Shown here in pieces: positions 50,444 through 60,470 of a stretch of 64,000 nucleotides of DNA. The DNA lies in contig JBDREC010000090.1 of the NCBI GenBank assembly GCA_043820105.1, forward strand, positions 1 through 64,000, given 5' to 3'. Source of the stretch: Pseudomonadota bacterium. GTDB taxonomy: Bacteria; Bdellovibrionota_F; JAHFAK01; JBDREC01. A model generated the notes under the pieces. The model made no database searches and had not been told where the DNA came from. It worked only from the letters and a program-made list of their open reading frames with translations. Position numbers and translations under genes: made by a program. How positions within the stretch are numbered: position 1 is the stretch's first letter; the number at the start of each line of letters is the position of its first letter.

Positions 50444-51904
50444 TTAATTATTATTCACAATATCTTGATAATATGTGTTTATTTCGGCTTCGTTGAGAAC
50501 TTCTGAATAGAGACGGAATTCTTTAATTATTCCTGAAAAATAATTTGCTATGTCATTATGTTTTCCCCAATATGCAACATTGCTTTCATCGCTATTTATT
50601 TTATATGCTCTACACGCCTGGCAAATTTGGTTTGATTCCAGGGTTTCATTGATAAAAATACTCAATTCACCATCGCTTAATGTAAGAGCTACTAGGTAAT
50701 CAGTGTTAGGAGTTAAGCTTCCAACTAAGTTGTCAGTTGAAATTTCTAAATCATTTTCATATCTGACTTTTGACCTAAGGCCATAATCTAAGCTTTCTTC
50801 ATTATATGTAAGCACTATGGCAATACTATTTGTTAAGGAAAATATTGGTAAGTTGCTATAATGTAGTCCCTCTATTTCATCAAAACTAAACCAAACTAGC
50901 ATAGAAAATTCATTTTGAATGGGGTAGGTAATATTATTATTATAACTTGCTTCTAAATAATAACTAGATCCATCAAAATATAAGCCTTTATTTTCATCCC
51001 AGCTTGAACTTCCGCCACTTACACTGGCATCAAAATTATTTAATGAATAGTCTTTAACTATGTTTCCTGCAAGTTCATCAAACTTTAAATAGTAAACCAG
51101 TGAGTTTTCAATTAAACTTTGAAATTCCGAATTATCTGTATTTTGGTTTTCTTCAGCTGTATTATTGTCTGTTTTATTATTAATGCTATTTGATGCAGTT
51201 GCTATAATTTGGCCAAGTTCATTTTCATTTAAACTAAGTTTTCCAAGATCAATCTCAGGCTCAACACTTGCTAGAGTAAGGTTTGATTGTGAATTCTCAT
51301 ATAGGGCTATTGCAAATCCAAGCTCTTTTTTTTCAGTTTCAAACTTGCTAGATTTTAAGTTTTCATTAAAAAGATCTTTTGTGAAATCATAAAATGGAAA
51401 TAGAATAAAAATTTTAAACTTGCTGTTTGTACTATAAAAAGAGGATTTAAGATTAAATTCTCCTGTTTGATTTTCAATAAGGGAAAAACTTGTTATGTTT
51501 TTAAGGTCATTTGCCATGAATAGATTTGATTCAATTTTTGTTTGGGTTAATTCATCATTAGTGGTTATAATAAATATGGCTCTATCAACACTAGTATTTT
51601 GTTTATTAAATTTAAAATAATTAGTAATATCTGGTCTAGGAATTCCGATTGGGGAAATAATACCATCTTTTAAATTTACTTCATCTTTGCTTAGCACTTC
51701 ATACTCTAGTAATATTTTTTCAAGCAGGGTGTTTTCTTGCGATGTGTCTAAACTTCCTGTTATATTAATATCAAATGTGGAAGAGTTTATTTCTTGACTG
51801 GACAGGTCATTTTCAAGGTCAGAATTGCTGCAATGGGTTGTTACTAAGATTTGGATTAATAAAAGAAATGCTAGTAATATGCTCTTCATCTGTTCCCTAA
51901 TCAT
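50444..51904 (-). CDS. Probable lipoprotein with C-terminal LamG/concanavalin-A-like domain
   Basis: LVYYLKFDE..G..VKDYS, LYFDG, YFSGIIKEFRLY; N-terminal signal ending in Cys. Confidence 0.78.
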   Translation of the reverse strand: MIREQMKSILLAFLLLIQILVTTHCSNSDLENDLSSQEINSSTFDINITGSLDTSQENTLLEKILLEYEVLSKDEVNLKDGIISPIGIPRPDITNYFKFNKQNTSVDRAIFIITTNDELTQTKIESNLFMANDLKNITSFSLIENQTGEFNLKSSFYSTNSKFKIFILFPFYDFTKDLFNENLKSSKFETEKKELGFAIALYENSQSNLTLASVEPEIDLGKLSLNENELGQIIATASNSINNKTDNNTAEENQNTDNSEFQSLIENSLVYYLKFDELAGNIVKDYSLNNFDASVSGGSSSWDENKGLYFDGSSYYLEASYNNNITYPIQNEFSMLVWFSFDEIEGLHYSNLPIFSLTNSIAIVLTYNEESLDYGLRSKVRYENDLEISTDNLVGSLTPNTDYLVALTLSDGELSIFINETLESNQICQACRAYKINSDESNVAYWGKHNDIANYFSGIIKEFRLYSEVLNEAEINTYYQDIVNNN

Positions 51905-52210
51905 GGCTTATGCTTTATAATAGCTCCTCATATCATATGTTTTTAATCCTGTAAACAAAAAATTAACTTTCATTTGTATGTTAAATTTATAAGAATTTAT
52001 AATTTTTAGCAGCAATGAAATTTTAAAAAATTTAAAAATGCATAACATATCAATTAGATATCATATAATCTTTTATTAAAATTAAGTTATTTATTTATGA
52101 AATCAGGGTGTGTTTAGTGAATCGTTAATTTAAAAAAAGATTGCACTTTGTGTTTATATGCTGTACAGAGTCAAAAAACATCAAATATAGATATAGATAA
52201 AAAGGGCAGC

Positions 52211-55200
52211 ATGAAGCATATTAATCAATTAATCTATGATTTTGAAATATCCTTACGAAAAGAAAATAAGCTTAATTCAAGTACAATCAATTTGTACAAA
52301 AAAAAGTTAAATGACTTTTCAAAAAATTTTAATGCAAATATTAAAATTGATGAGATTAGAAAAAAAGATCTAGATAAATTTTTACTTAAAATAAGAAATC
52401 AAAATTATTCAATTCAAACCTACAACCTATATATATCTGCTATTAAAGTATTTTACAAATATCTAAACATGAAATTTGATTTAGATGATTATGGGAAGTT
52501 AATAAAAAACAGGAAAAAAATTGAAACATGTGCAATCTCGACTGATAAAATTGAAGCATTTTTAAGTCTGATTAAAGATTTAGACGATTTCAGAAAAACT
52601 GCATTTTTAATGTATATCGTTCTTGGCTTAAAAGCAGATGTTATTTCAAAGTTAAAAAAAGATGATGTAATATTTGAAGAAGATAAAATAGGGATTTGTT
52701 TAAATAAAGACTATAAAACAGAAATCCTTTATTATGATTTATTAAGCAATAAATATGGGCTTAGGTTAAAAAGAGAGCTTCTTGAATTAATGAAGAAGTC
52801 AGACTTATATATTTTTGAAAATTCAAAATCTCTGCCTATAACTTCAGCAAGTTTTATTTATTTTTTCAAAAAGATAAAAGATGAACTTTCATTTAAAGTT
52901 GCTTCAATATTACAGCTTAGGTCAGAGGCTTTGCTTTTAAAAAAAGAAATTGAACTTGCTTGTGATCTGAAAAAAATGATACATCGCCGTTATAAGTTAT
53001 TGCGTCTCATAAAAGAAGGGGAAAATAGCAAAGTATATTTGGCGAAAGACCTAAAAAGAAATATCCCAGTAGCCTTTAAGCTTTTGCTAAGGGTTAACGA
53101 TAATCCAGAAAATATAATTAATTTTAAGAATGAATTTTCAATTGTTAAGAAATTAAATCATCCCCTTATTGCAAACATATATGATTTTGGATATTTAAAT
53201 GATATTAAAAAGTTTTATTATACAATGGAGTATATTGATTATAAACCACTTGAGAAATTGGCTTCTAAAATATCAGTATCCAATGCTTGTGCTATTTTAA
53301 ATGGTCTTTTATCTTTTTTAAAATATATGAGACAAAATAAATTACTCCATTATGATTTGAACACTAGAAATATTCTTTGCAGGATTCGTGAAAATGATAA
53401 TATTGATCTCAAAGTTGTTGATTTTGGTATGGCTTCGACTCCCAATGAGGCGACTGTCAAGGGAAGTTCAAAATTTATTGCGCCAGAAATATTGATTCAT
53501 AAAAAGTCTGACCTATCTTCTGATATATTTTCTGTAGGCGTTGTTATATATTATTTACTAACAAAAAAATTCCCTTTTGCAACGAGCAACTTTCAAGTAT
53601 ATTTTAATGATATTAAAAACAATAAGCTTGTTGATCTTTTTAGACATAATGAATCTGTTTCTTTGGAGTTTAATAAGATAATTATGAAGATGATAGCTTT
53701 AAATGTTAACAAAAGATATTGTGAGCCTGAAGAAATTCAGAAAGATTTATCAAAATTTATAGATCAAAATCTTCTCCTAAACCGCGATCTGTCATCAAAG
53801 ATAAATATAAGATACCCCAATTTTGTTGGTCGAAATCATGAACTGGATATTTTAAAAAATAATTTTAATATAATATTTTCTCCTTCATTAAAACAAGCAG
53901 ATATAAGTATTAATTTGATTTCTGGTGAATCTGGAATAGGCAAAAGTGCCATTATTGATGAAATGAAAAACTATGCAAATTTGTCTGAAATTAATTTTTT
54001 AGAATTAAATCTAGGACAAGAGGATCCTTATTTAAGTGTATTAAAATTCGTTTCAGCATTTTCTAAACTAAAACAAAAGCAACTTAAAATTTCTCCATAT
54101 GCAGCCAGCGCTTTAAAATCATCAGCTTTAGCAAAACTATCGGAATATTTATATAAAATAGTATCAAAATCAAAAGCAATACTAGTCATTAAAAATTCAG
54201 AATATATTTCAAAGGATTTAATAATATTTTTTAAGTTCTTTTTAGAAAATTTTTCAAATCTAAAATATTCTTTATTTATTATATTTTCCTTTAATTCTGA
54301 TCGCAAAAAAAGCAATCAACTTTTTGATTTGATAAATAGCAAGGTGCCTGAATATAGCAGAGTCAATGAGATCAATTTATCACCTTTGAGTAAGGAAGAA
54401 TGTTCAAAATTATTGTTTTCAATTTTAAATAGACCACCGGGCGATGATTTTCTTAATTATATTTATGATATTTGCGGAGGAAATCCTGGCTTAATAATGG
54501 CCCTGGTGCCATATTTACATGAAAAAGCACTTTTATTTATTAAAGAATTCTCTGTTTCTTTGAAATCAAAACCTGGATTGCTTCCTTCAAACATATTAGA
54601 GACAATTTCTGATCGTTTAAAATCTTTAAATCCTTTGCAAAGACAGATATTGTATTTACTTGCACTTGATGAGTTTACTCTAAATGTTAATCTTATATAT
54701 TCAATATTATTTTATACAACTTATGAACTAACTAGATTAGAAATATCATTAAATGTTGAAAACTTAATTAGGCGAAATTATATTTATTTAAAATCCCCAA
54801 TTACCAGTGCTTCTGCTAATAAAAATGCAAAACGCTCTGAAGATGCAGAGCTAGCTTTTACAAGTCGATTTGTAAAAGACAATATCAAGAAGTTTTTATT
54901 ACAAAAAGAAGCAAGGTCTCTTCATAAATCAATTGCTTTATTTATTGATGATACTAGTATTTTGGATAATAAAAATAAGGAAAGGCTGGCTTATCACTTA
55001 CTCCTGGCTAATGATAAAGCTGAGGCTATAAATTATTATAAAGAAATTGCTGATGAAAACTATGAAAGCGGCTATGTTTTTAAGGCAGCTAAAATCTATG
55101 ATATTATACTAAATTCCTTAAGACCACTAGATACTCGGAAAAAGGAAGAACTAGCAAAAGAAATATTAATAAGACTTGGCAATTTACATCTCAAATTAGC

Positions 55201-58075
55201 TGAATATAAAAAAGCAACAGAGTATTTACAAGCTGCAATAACAGGAGCTAGCACAAAAGAGAAAATAGAAATTAAAAAGTCATTTTCTCAAATGAAAATA
55301 AATCAGGGGTTTTTAGAAGAAGGTATTAAGGATATAGATGAAGTTATTATAATATCAAAGGAGGAAGCTTATAAAGATATATTTATAGAGGCAAACATTC
55401 TAAAGGCTTCGGCATTGTTAGGGCTGGCTAAGTATAATGAAGTATCATTGCTTCTAAAAAATATTCTAAGTACAAAGGTTTTAGAGGATAAATATAAATC
55501 AAAGCTATATAATTTGGCGGGCTTATTGGATTATTACAATAATAAACTCGATTGCTCATTAAAGAATTTTAAGCTTAGTTGTGATTATGCTACAAAATTA
55601 AAAGATCTACATGCTATTTCAAATGCCTATAATAATATTGGTCTAATTCACTATCAATTATCTGAATTCGAAGATGCGATAAAGTATTATAATGAATCTT
55701 TGCAAATTTCCAATAAAACATCTGACATTTTAGCAAGAGCCCAGGAGTATTCAAATATCGGCAGTTGCTATTTAAAGCTTGGCAAATTGGGAGATGCATT
55801 AAAAACATATCTTAAGTCTTATAATATTTTATTGAATCTGGATATGCCCAGGGAAACGGATTCAATTGCATTTAATATAGGGCTTATTTATTCAGAATTG
55901 GGTGATTATGAAAAGAGTGAACAATTTCGGCAGACTTCATTGTCCTTGGCTAGGGATAGAAGCAATAATCTTTTAATAGCTTATAATGAGTCTTTAAGTG
56001 GAGAACTTTTCTATAATATGTGTGAATATGAAAAGGCCATTGCATCCTATAAAAAAGCCTTTGATTTATTTGCAAACCTTGGCAATAATAGAGTTCATGC
56101 GGAAATTCTGATTAGTCTAGCTGCTTGTGAAAATCAATTAGGAAATCTTGAGGCATCAGAATCGTATATTTTAGCTGTCCTCAAAATTGGTGGAGATGAT
56201 TTAAAGACTAAGATTGAAGCCAATATTTTGTCAGCTAGAATTGCTCTTTCAAGATCAAATCACTCCTACTGCAAGTCAATTTTAGATGAAATTGAAGAAA
56301 TTGAAATGTCAAAGTTACACTATCTTACAAAGTTATTATATTTTGAAATATTTACACGATTCTATTTGAGCATTGGTGATATTAGAAAGTCAAAAAAAAG
56401 TGGGAAACAACTTGAAAAAATTCTTTATACTATAAAGGCAAATATTCCAGAATCAAAGAAAGCAAATTTTTTAAAAAACCCCAGAATTCAAATTGCCTCC
56501 GAAGTTTTATTTCAACTAAAATTGGCTGCAGATGGACTTTCAGATAGGAATAAGTTGAAATGTTTAATTGATATTAACTGGGAATTGTCTTCAGAAACGG
56601 ATATTCATAGACTTGGAAATATGGTCCTAGATAATGCGATTTTATTTAACCAAGCTAAAAGAGGTTTTGTTTTGTTAAAAAATAAGCAGTCATTTGATGT
56701 GCTTGTAGCTAGAAATTTCAAAAAAACAGATATAGATGACTGTATAAATGTTATTAGCTCAACGGTTTTTAAAGCCACCCTTGACCATGATATGATAATA
56801 AATATTCAAGATGCTTTTATGGAATTTGAAAATAGCGAAAGTATTCAGAAAGCAAATTTAAAAAGTATATTAAGTTTTCCTATAGTAGAAAACAATAAAC
56901 TAATTGGAGCAGTTTATTTAGATGATCCAACGAAAGTAGGAGCTTTTGCTCATGTTGATACTGAGATATTATCTTGCTTTGCAAGACAAGTATCAATAGC
57001 GATTTCAAATTCAAAATATATTGAAACAATTAAAAATAAAAAAGAGAAAATTGAAAAGATGGCCTCAGAGCTTGAGCAGAGATTACTAATAACTGATAAA
57101 AATTATGATATAGCTAATGAATCTTTTATAAAAAAAAGTAGGGATGAAAAAATAAAATATGATTATCAGAATATAATTACTAAAAGTCCTATGATGTTTG
57201 AGTTATTTGATATTATTGAAAAAGTTAAAGATGCTGATGTTTCAGTCTTAATTACAGGAGAGTCAGGTGTAGGCAAGGAGTTAATTGCAAGGGCAATACA
57301 TTTTGGTGGGAATAGGAAGGACAAAGCATTTTTTGCAGAAAACTGTGGAGCTATTACTGAAACAATTTTAGAAAGCGAACTCTTTGGTTATGTAAAGGGT
57401 GCTTTTACAGACGCGATAAGAGATAAACGTGGTATTTTTGAGTTAGCTAACGAAGGATCTATATTTTTAGATGAAATAGGTGAAATGTCTTTATCTATGC
57501 AAAAAAAATTACTAAGAGTTCTACAAAATAAGACAATAAGAAGAGTTGGTGGAAATAAATACCTTACTATTGATATTCGTGTTATTTGTGCTACAAATCG
57601 AAATTTATCTGAAATGATGAAAAATGAAAAATTTAGAGAAGATCTTTATTATAGGATTAATGTAATTGAAATAAATGTGCCAGCTCTTAGAGAGCGAAAA
57701 GAAGATATACCCTTGCTTGTGGATTATTTTTTAAAAAAACATGCCAGGGGTAAACCTAAAAAATTTACATCCTCATTGATTAATCTTTTTCAGAATTATA
57801 ATTGGCCTGGAAATGTAAGAGAGCTTGAAAATGAAGTAACAAAATTAATAACATTATCAACATCAGATACTATCACGCCTGAATTTCTACTCGAAAAGCA
57901 GAAGTTTGTAAGCTTTAACGAAAACACCCAAGCTCTATCACTTACTGAAATTGAGCAAAAGGCTATCAAAAAAGCTTATCACTTAGCAAATTATAACAAA
58001 ACAAAAACCGCTAAAATTTTAGGAATTAATATCAAAACTCTTTATTCAAAGCTTCACAAATATAAAATATCCTGA
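52211..58075 (+). CDS. Multidomain sigma54 activator: degenerate tyrosine recombinase, Ser/Thr kinase, STAND NTPase, TPR, GAF, sigma54 AAA+, Fis HTH
   Basis: ATG 52211; integrase core-binding helices, VAFK/HYDLN/DFG/APE, GESGIGKS, TPRs, GAF, GESGVGKE, GAFTDA, WPGNVREL, HTH. Confidence 0.85.
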   Translation: MKHINQLIYDFEISLRKENKLNSSTINLYKKKLNDFSKNFNANIKIDEIRKKDLDKFLLKIRNQNYSIQTYNLYISAIKVFYKYLNMKFDLDDYGKLIKNRKKIETCAISTDKIEAFLSLIKDLDDFRKTAFLMYIVLGLKADVISKLKKDDVIFEEDKIGICLNKDYKTEILYYDLLSNKYGLRLKRELLELMKKSDLYIFENSKSLPITSASFIYFFKKIKDELSFKVASILQLRSEALLLKKEIELACDLKKMIHRRYKLLRLIKEGENSKVYLAKDLKRNIPVAFKLLLRVNDNPENIINFKNEFSIVKKLNHPLIANIYDFGYLNDIKKFYYTMEYIDYKPLEKLASKISVSNACAILNGLLSFLKYMRQNKLLHYDLNTRNILCRIRENDNIDLKVVDFGMASTPNEATVKGSSKFIAPEILIHKKSDLSSDIFSVGVVIYYLLTKKFPFATSNFQVYFNDIKNNKLVDLFRHNESVSLEFNKIIMKMIALNVNKRYCEPEEIQKDLSKFIDQNLLLNRDLSSKINIRYPNFVGRNHELDILKNNFNIIFSPSLKQADISINLISGESGIGKSAIIDEMKNYANLSEINFLELNLGQEDPYLSVLKFVSAFSKLKQKQLKISPYAASALKSSALAKLSEYLYKIVSKSKAILVIKNSEYISKDLIIFFKFFLENFSNLKYSLFIIFSFNSDRKKSNQLFDLINSKVPEYSRVNEINLSPLSKEECSKLLFSILNRPPGDDFLNYIYDICGGNPGLIMALVPYLHEKALLFIKEFSVSLKSKPGLLPSNILETISDRLKSLNPLQRQILYLLALDEFTLNVNLIYSILFYTTYELTRLEISLNVENLIRRNYIYLKSPITSASANKNAKRSEDAELAFTSRFVKDNIKKFLLQKEARSLHKSIALFIDDTSILDNKNKERLAYHLLLANDKAEAINYYKEIADENYESGYVFKAAKIYDIILNSLRPLDTRKKEELAKEILIRLGNLHLKLAEYKKATEYLQAAITGASTKEKIEIKKSFSQMKINQGFLEEGIKDIDEVIIISKEEAYKDIFIEANILKASALLGLAKYNEVSLLLKNILSTKVLEDKYKSKLYNLAGLLDYYNNKLDCSLKNFKLSCDYATKLKDLHAISNAYNNIGLIHYQLSEFEDAIKYYNESLQISNKTSDILARAQEYSNIGSCYLKLGKLGDALKTYLKSYNILLNLDMPRETDSIAFNIGLIYSELGDYEKSEQFRQTSLSLARDRSNNLLIAYNESLSGELFYNMCEYEKAIASYKKAFDLFANLGNNRVHAEILISLAACENQLGNLEASESYILAVLKIGGDDLKTKIEANILSARIALSRSNHSYCKSILDEIEEIEMSKLHYLTKLLYFEIFTRFYLSIGDIRKSKKSGKQLEKILYTIKANIPESKKANFLKNPRIQIASEVLFQLKLAADGLSDRNKLKCLIDINWELSSETDIHRLGNMVLDNAILFNQAKRGFVLLKNKQSFDVLVARNFKKTDIDDCINVISSTVFKATLDHDMIINIQDAFMEFENSESIQKANLKSILSFPIVENNKLIGAVYLDDPTKVGAFAHVDTEILSCFARQVSIAISNSKYIETIKNKKEKIEKMASELEQRLLITDKNYDIANESFIKKSRDEKIKYDYQNIITKSPMMFELFDIIEKVKDADVSVLITGESGVGKELIARAIHFGGNRKDKAFFAENCGAITETILESELFGYVKGAFTDAIRDKRGIFELANEGSIFLDEIGEMSLSMQKKLLRVLQNKTIRRVGGNKYLTIDIRVICATNRNLSEMMKNEKFREDLYYRINVIEINVPALRERKEDIPLLVDYFLKKHARGKPKKFTSSLINLFQNYNWPGNVRELENEVTKLITLSTSDTITPEFLLEKQKFVSFNENTQALSLTEIEQKAIKKAYHLANYNKTKTAKILGINIKTLYSKLHKYKIS

Positions 58076-58152
58076 AAAATCTGTTTGCTTTTTCGTGATA
58101 ATCATATAATTTTGTTAACTAATACACTGCAAAATAAAAGGTTTTATATATA

Positions 58153-60339
58153 ATGAAAAGAAAGCTTAATTTAGCATTTTTATGGCATATGCATCAACCC
58201 AATTATAGGGTTAATGATAAGCATAAGGCTCAATTGCCTTGGGTTCGTCTGCATTGTATTAGAGCCTATTATGATATGGCAAGAATGGCTTTTAAATATC
58301 CTGATCTTAAAATGGTTTTTAATTTTGTGCCATCCTTATTGTTGCAAATTCAAAAGCTTGCTTCAGTTGAATCTTTGACAGACTTTGAAAACAATAATGA
58401 TTTAGATATTTATTGTGATTATACCTTGCGGGAGCCTGGCGATTTAAGCGCGAGCGATAAAAAATTCATTGTTGATAACTTTTTCCAGATAAATGAAGCA
58501 ATTATTAGAAAATATAAAAGATATTCTTTTTTATTAGATAAAAAAAATACTTATTCAAGCACTGCTCATCTTGAATTTTCTAATGAAGAAATTCAAGACC
58601 TCCAGGCTCTTTTTAATCTGGCATGGTTTGGTTTTTCAGCATTTGCTGAAGATACAGTGCTTAGTGAGCTTGCAGAGAAGGGGGAAAAGTTTAATAGAGA
58701 AGATATTGAAGCCATTATTTCAAAACAACTTGAAATATCTAAACAAATTATTCCTTTATATAAAGAACTGCAGAAACTTAAGATTTGCGAAATATCTACA
58801 ACTCCATTTTATCATCCTATAATGCCGCTTTTGCTTAACACTGAAAATTCTCTGCGCTCCAGACCAAATGCACCTGTGCCCTCAATTGAAAACATGGCTA
58901 TGGATGTAAAAAAGCACTTGGAATTATCAAAAGAATATTGCGCAAAGGTATTTGATGTAGAAAGCACAGGCCTATGGCCCTCAGAGGGTTCAGTTTGTCC
59001 TGAGCTTATACCAATAGTTTCTGAAATGAATTTTAAATGGATGGCAACCTGCAATGGGGTTTTAAGAAAGTCAAAAGATGAACATGGGAATTATATTGAA
59101 GAAAGCAAGACCTATGGTTATCATAATGTAAAACACGGATCATCAGCCATTCCAATGGTTTTTCGGGATCGATGGCTGTCAGATAGGTTTGGATTTGATT
59201 ATTATAAAATGGGAGCAAATCAGGCTGTTGAAGAATTTATATCTTGTATAAAGGGAAAGGATAATAAGGATTCTTCAATACCTAATTTAATTCCAATTAT
59301 TTTAGATGGTGAAAATCCTTGGGAATATTATGAAAATAGTGGCCTTGATTTTCTTGAAATACTTTACTCAAGACTATCCAGTGACCCAAATATAGATGTC
59401 CTTTCATTAGGAGAATATATTACCCAAAATGAACCTCTTGGTGAAGTTCATGCTCTGCATTCTGGTTCCTGGATCAATGCTGATTATAAAATATGGATTG
59501 GTGGGGAATGTGAAAATAGTGCCTGGAAGTGTCTTGAAAAAACTAGGTCTTTTTTAAATAAAATCTGCTCTGGAGAAAAACCTCATGCCTCTAAAGAATC
59601 TTGTAAAGATGAAATCCTTCATTCAATGCTATCAGCTGAAGGTAGTGATTGGTTTTGGTGGTATGGGGATGATTTTGAATCAAGCACAAAATTAATTTTT
59701 GATGATCTTTTTAGAGCTCATCAGGCAAATATTTTTAATAAAGCCAAAATCGAAATTCCAGCTTATCTTGAGCAGCCAATTGTGCAAAAAAGAAGCCTTG
59801 ATGTTGTCATGGCTCCAAAAGCTTTTATTTCTCCACATATTGATGGAATTGAAAGTCACTTTTTTGAATGGGTTGGAGCTGGAAGATATAACGCACTAAT
59901 TGACTCATCAGCAATGGCACAATCACAAAAGCTTATTGAAAAAATATTTTATGGTTTTGATCTTTCAAATATTTATTTGAGAATAGATTTTCAAAATGAG
60001 AATGTTTATGAAGAAGGATATGAGGTTTTAATTTCATTTTCAGGAAAGAGGGAATATAAAATTTCATTTAAACTTGGTGGAAAATCAATGTATACGCTTT
60101 ATAGAAGCGATGATTGGCTTTCATATACTCCAGTATGCGAGTCTGATAAAATAGAGTTTGGAAAATGTGTTGAGCTTGCCCTGCCATTAGAGTTTACAGA
60201 TTTTAAAAAGCAAGAAATTGTCAATATGAGTTTTACGATTATTCAAAATGAAAAACAGATAGCTAGATATCCTATTAAGACAAAGATTGAACTTCAGATT
60301 CCATCAGAGGAATTTGAAGATATGAACTGGATGGCGTGA
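58153..60339 (+). CDS. Glycoside hydrolase family 57 (amylopullulanase-like)
   Basis: WHMHQP, YHPIMPLL, WPSEG (nucleophile), LDGEN, AEGSDWFWW. Confidence 0.92.
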   Translation: MKRKLNLAFLWHMHQPNYRVNDKHKAQLPWVRLHCIRAYYDMARMAFKYPDLKMVFNFVPSLLLQIQKLASVESLTDFENNNDLDIYCDYTLREPGDLSASDKKFIVDNFFQINEAIIRKYKRYSFLLDKKNTYSSTAHLEFSNEEIQDLQALFNLAWFGFSAFAEDTVLSELAEKGEKFNREDIEAIISKQLEISKQIIPLYKELQKLKICEISTTPFYHPIMPLLLNTENSLRSRPNAPVPSIENMAMDVKKHLELSKEYCAKVFDVESTGLWPSEGSVCPELIPIVSEMNFKWMATCNGVLRKSKDEHGNYIEESKTYGYHNVKHGSSAIPMVFRDRWLSDRFGFDYYKMGANQAVEEFISCIKGKDNKDSSIPNLIPIILDGENPWEYYENSGLDFLEILYSRLSSDPNIDVLSLGEYITQNEPLGEVHALHSGSWINADYKIWIGGECENSAWKCLEKTRSFLNKICSGEKPHASKESCKDEILHSMLSAEGSDWFWWYGDDFESSTKLIFDDLFRAHQANIFNKAKIEIPAYLEQPIVQKRSLDVVMAPKAFISPHIDGIESHFFEWVGAGRYNALIDSSAMAQSQKLIEKIFYGFDLSNIYLRIDFQNENVYEEGYEVLISFSGKREYKISFKLGGKSMYTLYRSDDWLSYTPVCESDKIEFGKCVELALPLEFTDFKKQEIVNMSFTIIQNEKQIARYPIKTKIELQIPSEEFEDMNWMA

Positions 60340-60378
60340 TAAGTGGTAAGGGGTAAGTGGTAAGTGGTAAGTGGTAAG
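60340..60378. repeat. Heptamer array (TAAGTGG)x5.5 directly after the GH57 stop
   Basis: Direct reading; same unit as 7564 and 8662. Confidence 0.9.
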
Positions 60379-60470
60379 ATTTGTTTTTGGTGAGAGATGT
60401 GATGAGCTGCAAGCTTATTTTTATAATTAGTTAATATTCAATTCTTGATTAAAAAAAGAAAGAAGAATAA

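Noticed and set aside
52148-52945. Active integrase marking a prophage or island
   Set aside because: Catalytic Arg and His are substituted and the Tyr region is absent; no phage genes, tRNA or att repeats nearby
57380-57420. GAFTDA instead of GAFTGA as evidence of sigma54 independence
   Set aside because: The F and T contact residues are retained and this variant occurs in other enhancer-binding proteins
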